Of a stretch of DNA of 64,000 nucleotides, positions 63,442-64,000 are shown piece by piece (position 1 is the first letter of the stretch; every line of letters begins with the position of its first letter). This DNA comes from an uncultured Treponema sp. (lineage in GTDB: Bacteria; Spirochaetota; Spirochaetia; Treponematales; Treponemataceae): positions 250 to 64,249 of the forward strand of contig CALFJF010000060.1 in the NCBI GenBank assembly GCA_937877535.1, in the 5' to 3' direction. The position numbers and the translations under genes were made by a program. Under the pieces are notes generated by a model. It saw nothing but the letters and a program-made list of their open reading frames with translations, was not told the origin of the DNA and made no database searches.

Positions 63442-64000
63442 ATGATTAAAAGAAACACTGGTTTTGCAAATTTGACCGCGGGCTATCTTTTTCCTGAAAT
63501 TGCCCGCCGCCGCCGTGAATATGCCGCTTCTCACCCAGAGGCAAAAATTATTTCGCTCGGAATCGGAAACACCACCGAGCCGCTTTCAAAACACATCGCC
63601 TCTGCCACGAGCGATTACGCGCTTTCCCTTGCCACCGCCGAGGGCTATTCTGGCTACGGGGACGAGCAGGGAAATTCCGCTCTCCGCGCGAAAATCGCCG
63701 AAGTTTTTTATCCGGGGCTTGCCGACGCGAGCGAAGTGTTCATTTCTGACGGAGCGAAATGCGACATCGCGCGAATCCAAACGCTCTTCGGAAAAGATGT
63801 CAAAGTCGCGGTTCAAGACCCGGCTTATCCTGTTTATGTTGACGGAAGCGTTGTCGTTGGCGCGGCTGGCGAGAACAACGGAAAAGGCTACGAGGGAATC
63901 TCTTATCTTCCGTGTACGCCCGAAAATGACTTTTTCCCCGATTTGAGCAAGGTCGAGCCGAACACGCTCATTTATTTCTGCTCGCCGAACAATCCCACGG
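63442..64000 (+). CDS. dapL: LL-diaminopimelate aminotransferase, N-terminal part (3' end outside window)
   Basis: My own translation from the ATG at 63442 gives MIKRNTGFANLTAGYLFPEIARRRREYAASHPEAKIISLGIGNTTEPL ... GYGDEQGNSALRAKIA ... ISDGAKCD ... VAVQDPAYPVYVD ... IYFCSPNNPT. The frame is open to the window end, so it is absent from the ORF track. Confidence 0.85.
   Translation, partial: MIKRNTGFANLTAGYLFPEIARRRREYAASHPEAKIISLGIGNTTEPLSKHIASATSDYALSLATAEGYSGYGDEQGNSALRAKIAEVFYPGLADASEVFISDGAKCDIARIQTLFGKDVKVAVQDPAYPVYVDGSVVVGAAGENNGKGYEGISYLPCTPENDFFPDLSKVEPNTLIYFCSPNNPT

Noticed and set aside
1-64000. Very frequent AAAATCG / CGATTTT words, initially suspected to be a dispersed repeat or CRISPR-like array
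   Set aside because: Occurrences are irregularly spaced, mostly inside coding regions in frame-consistent contexts (GAA AAT CG, AAA ATC G), and lack conserved flanks. This is best explained by codon and dinucleotide bias. No regularly spaced repeat-spacer structure exists anywhere in the window.

Overview
This is 64 kb of densely coding, mostly housekeeping chromosome. No database search was run. By gene content and order it looks like a Treponema-type spirochaete, which is an inference from motif recognition only. In order, the window holds: the tail of a V-type ATPase operon (B, D), an [FeFe]-hydrogenase-like gene, map, tpiA, htrA, the rplU-prp-rpmA-obg-nadD-yqeK-LCP-rsfS string, a Bpur-like PUR protein, nifS-like, aroB, tmk, tamB-bamA-skp, mutS, comF, a gltD-like gene, cheW, nadK, recN, ilvB, argH, a MATE pump, a complete flgB-flgC-fliE-fliF-(extra ORF)-fliG-fliH-fliI-fliJ motility operon, a DtxR-family regulator, initiator tRNA-Met, HAD, an NYN-LOTUS protein, an orphan solute-binding lipoprotein, rpsD, a small envelope/accessory cluster, murI, a class III nucleotide cyclase, icd, an OmpR-type response regulator and the 5' part of dapL. 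I can support about 60 protein genes, 1 tRNA, about a dozen intrinsic terminators, a few promoter candidates and two small REP-like repeat families. I saw no rRNA, CRISPR array, transposase, integrase, prophage, or recognisable defence or toxin-antitoxin module. The most interesting object is a 123-aa ORF wedged between fliF and fliG. Its body resembles the FliG N-domain and its last residues resemble the FliF C-terminal FliG-binding tail. Secondary observations: a Prp protease gene next to an L27 gene that encodes no propeptide; a strong terminator-like hairpin inside the motility operon; a sigma28-like promoter abutting the flgB start; a codon-usage outlier cyclase gene; an orphan response regulator followed by what looks like a decayed kinase; a DegT-like protein apparently lacking its catalytic lysine; and repeat elements at convergent gene ends. 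All functional calls rest on motifs read by eye, and start codons are approximate.
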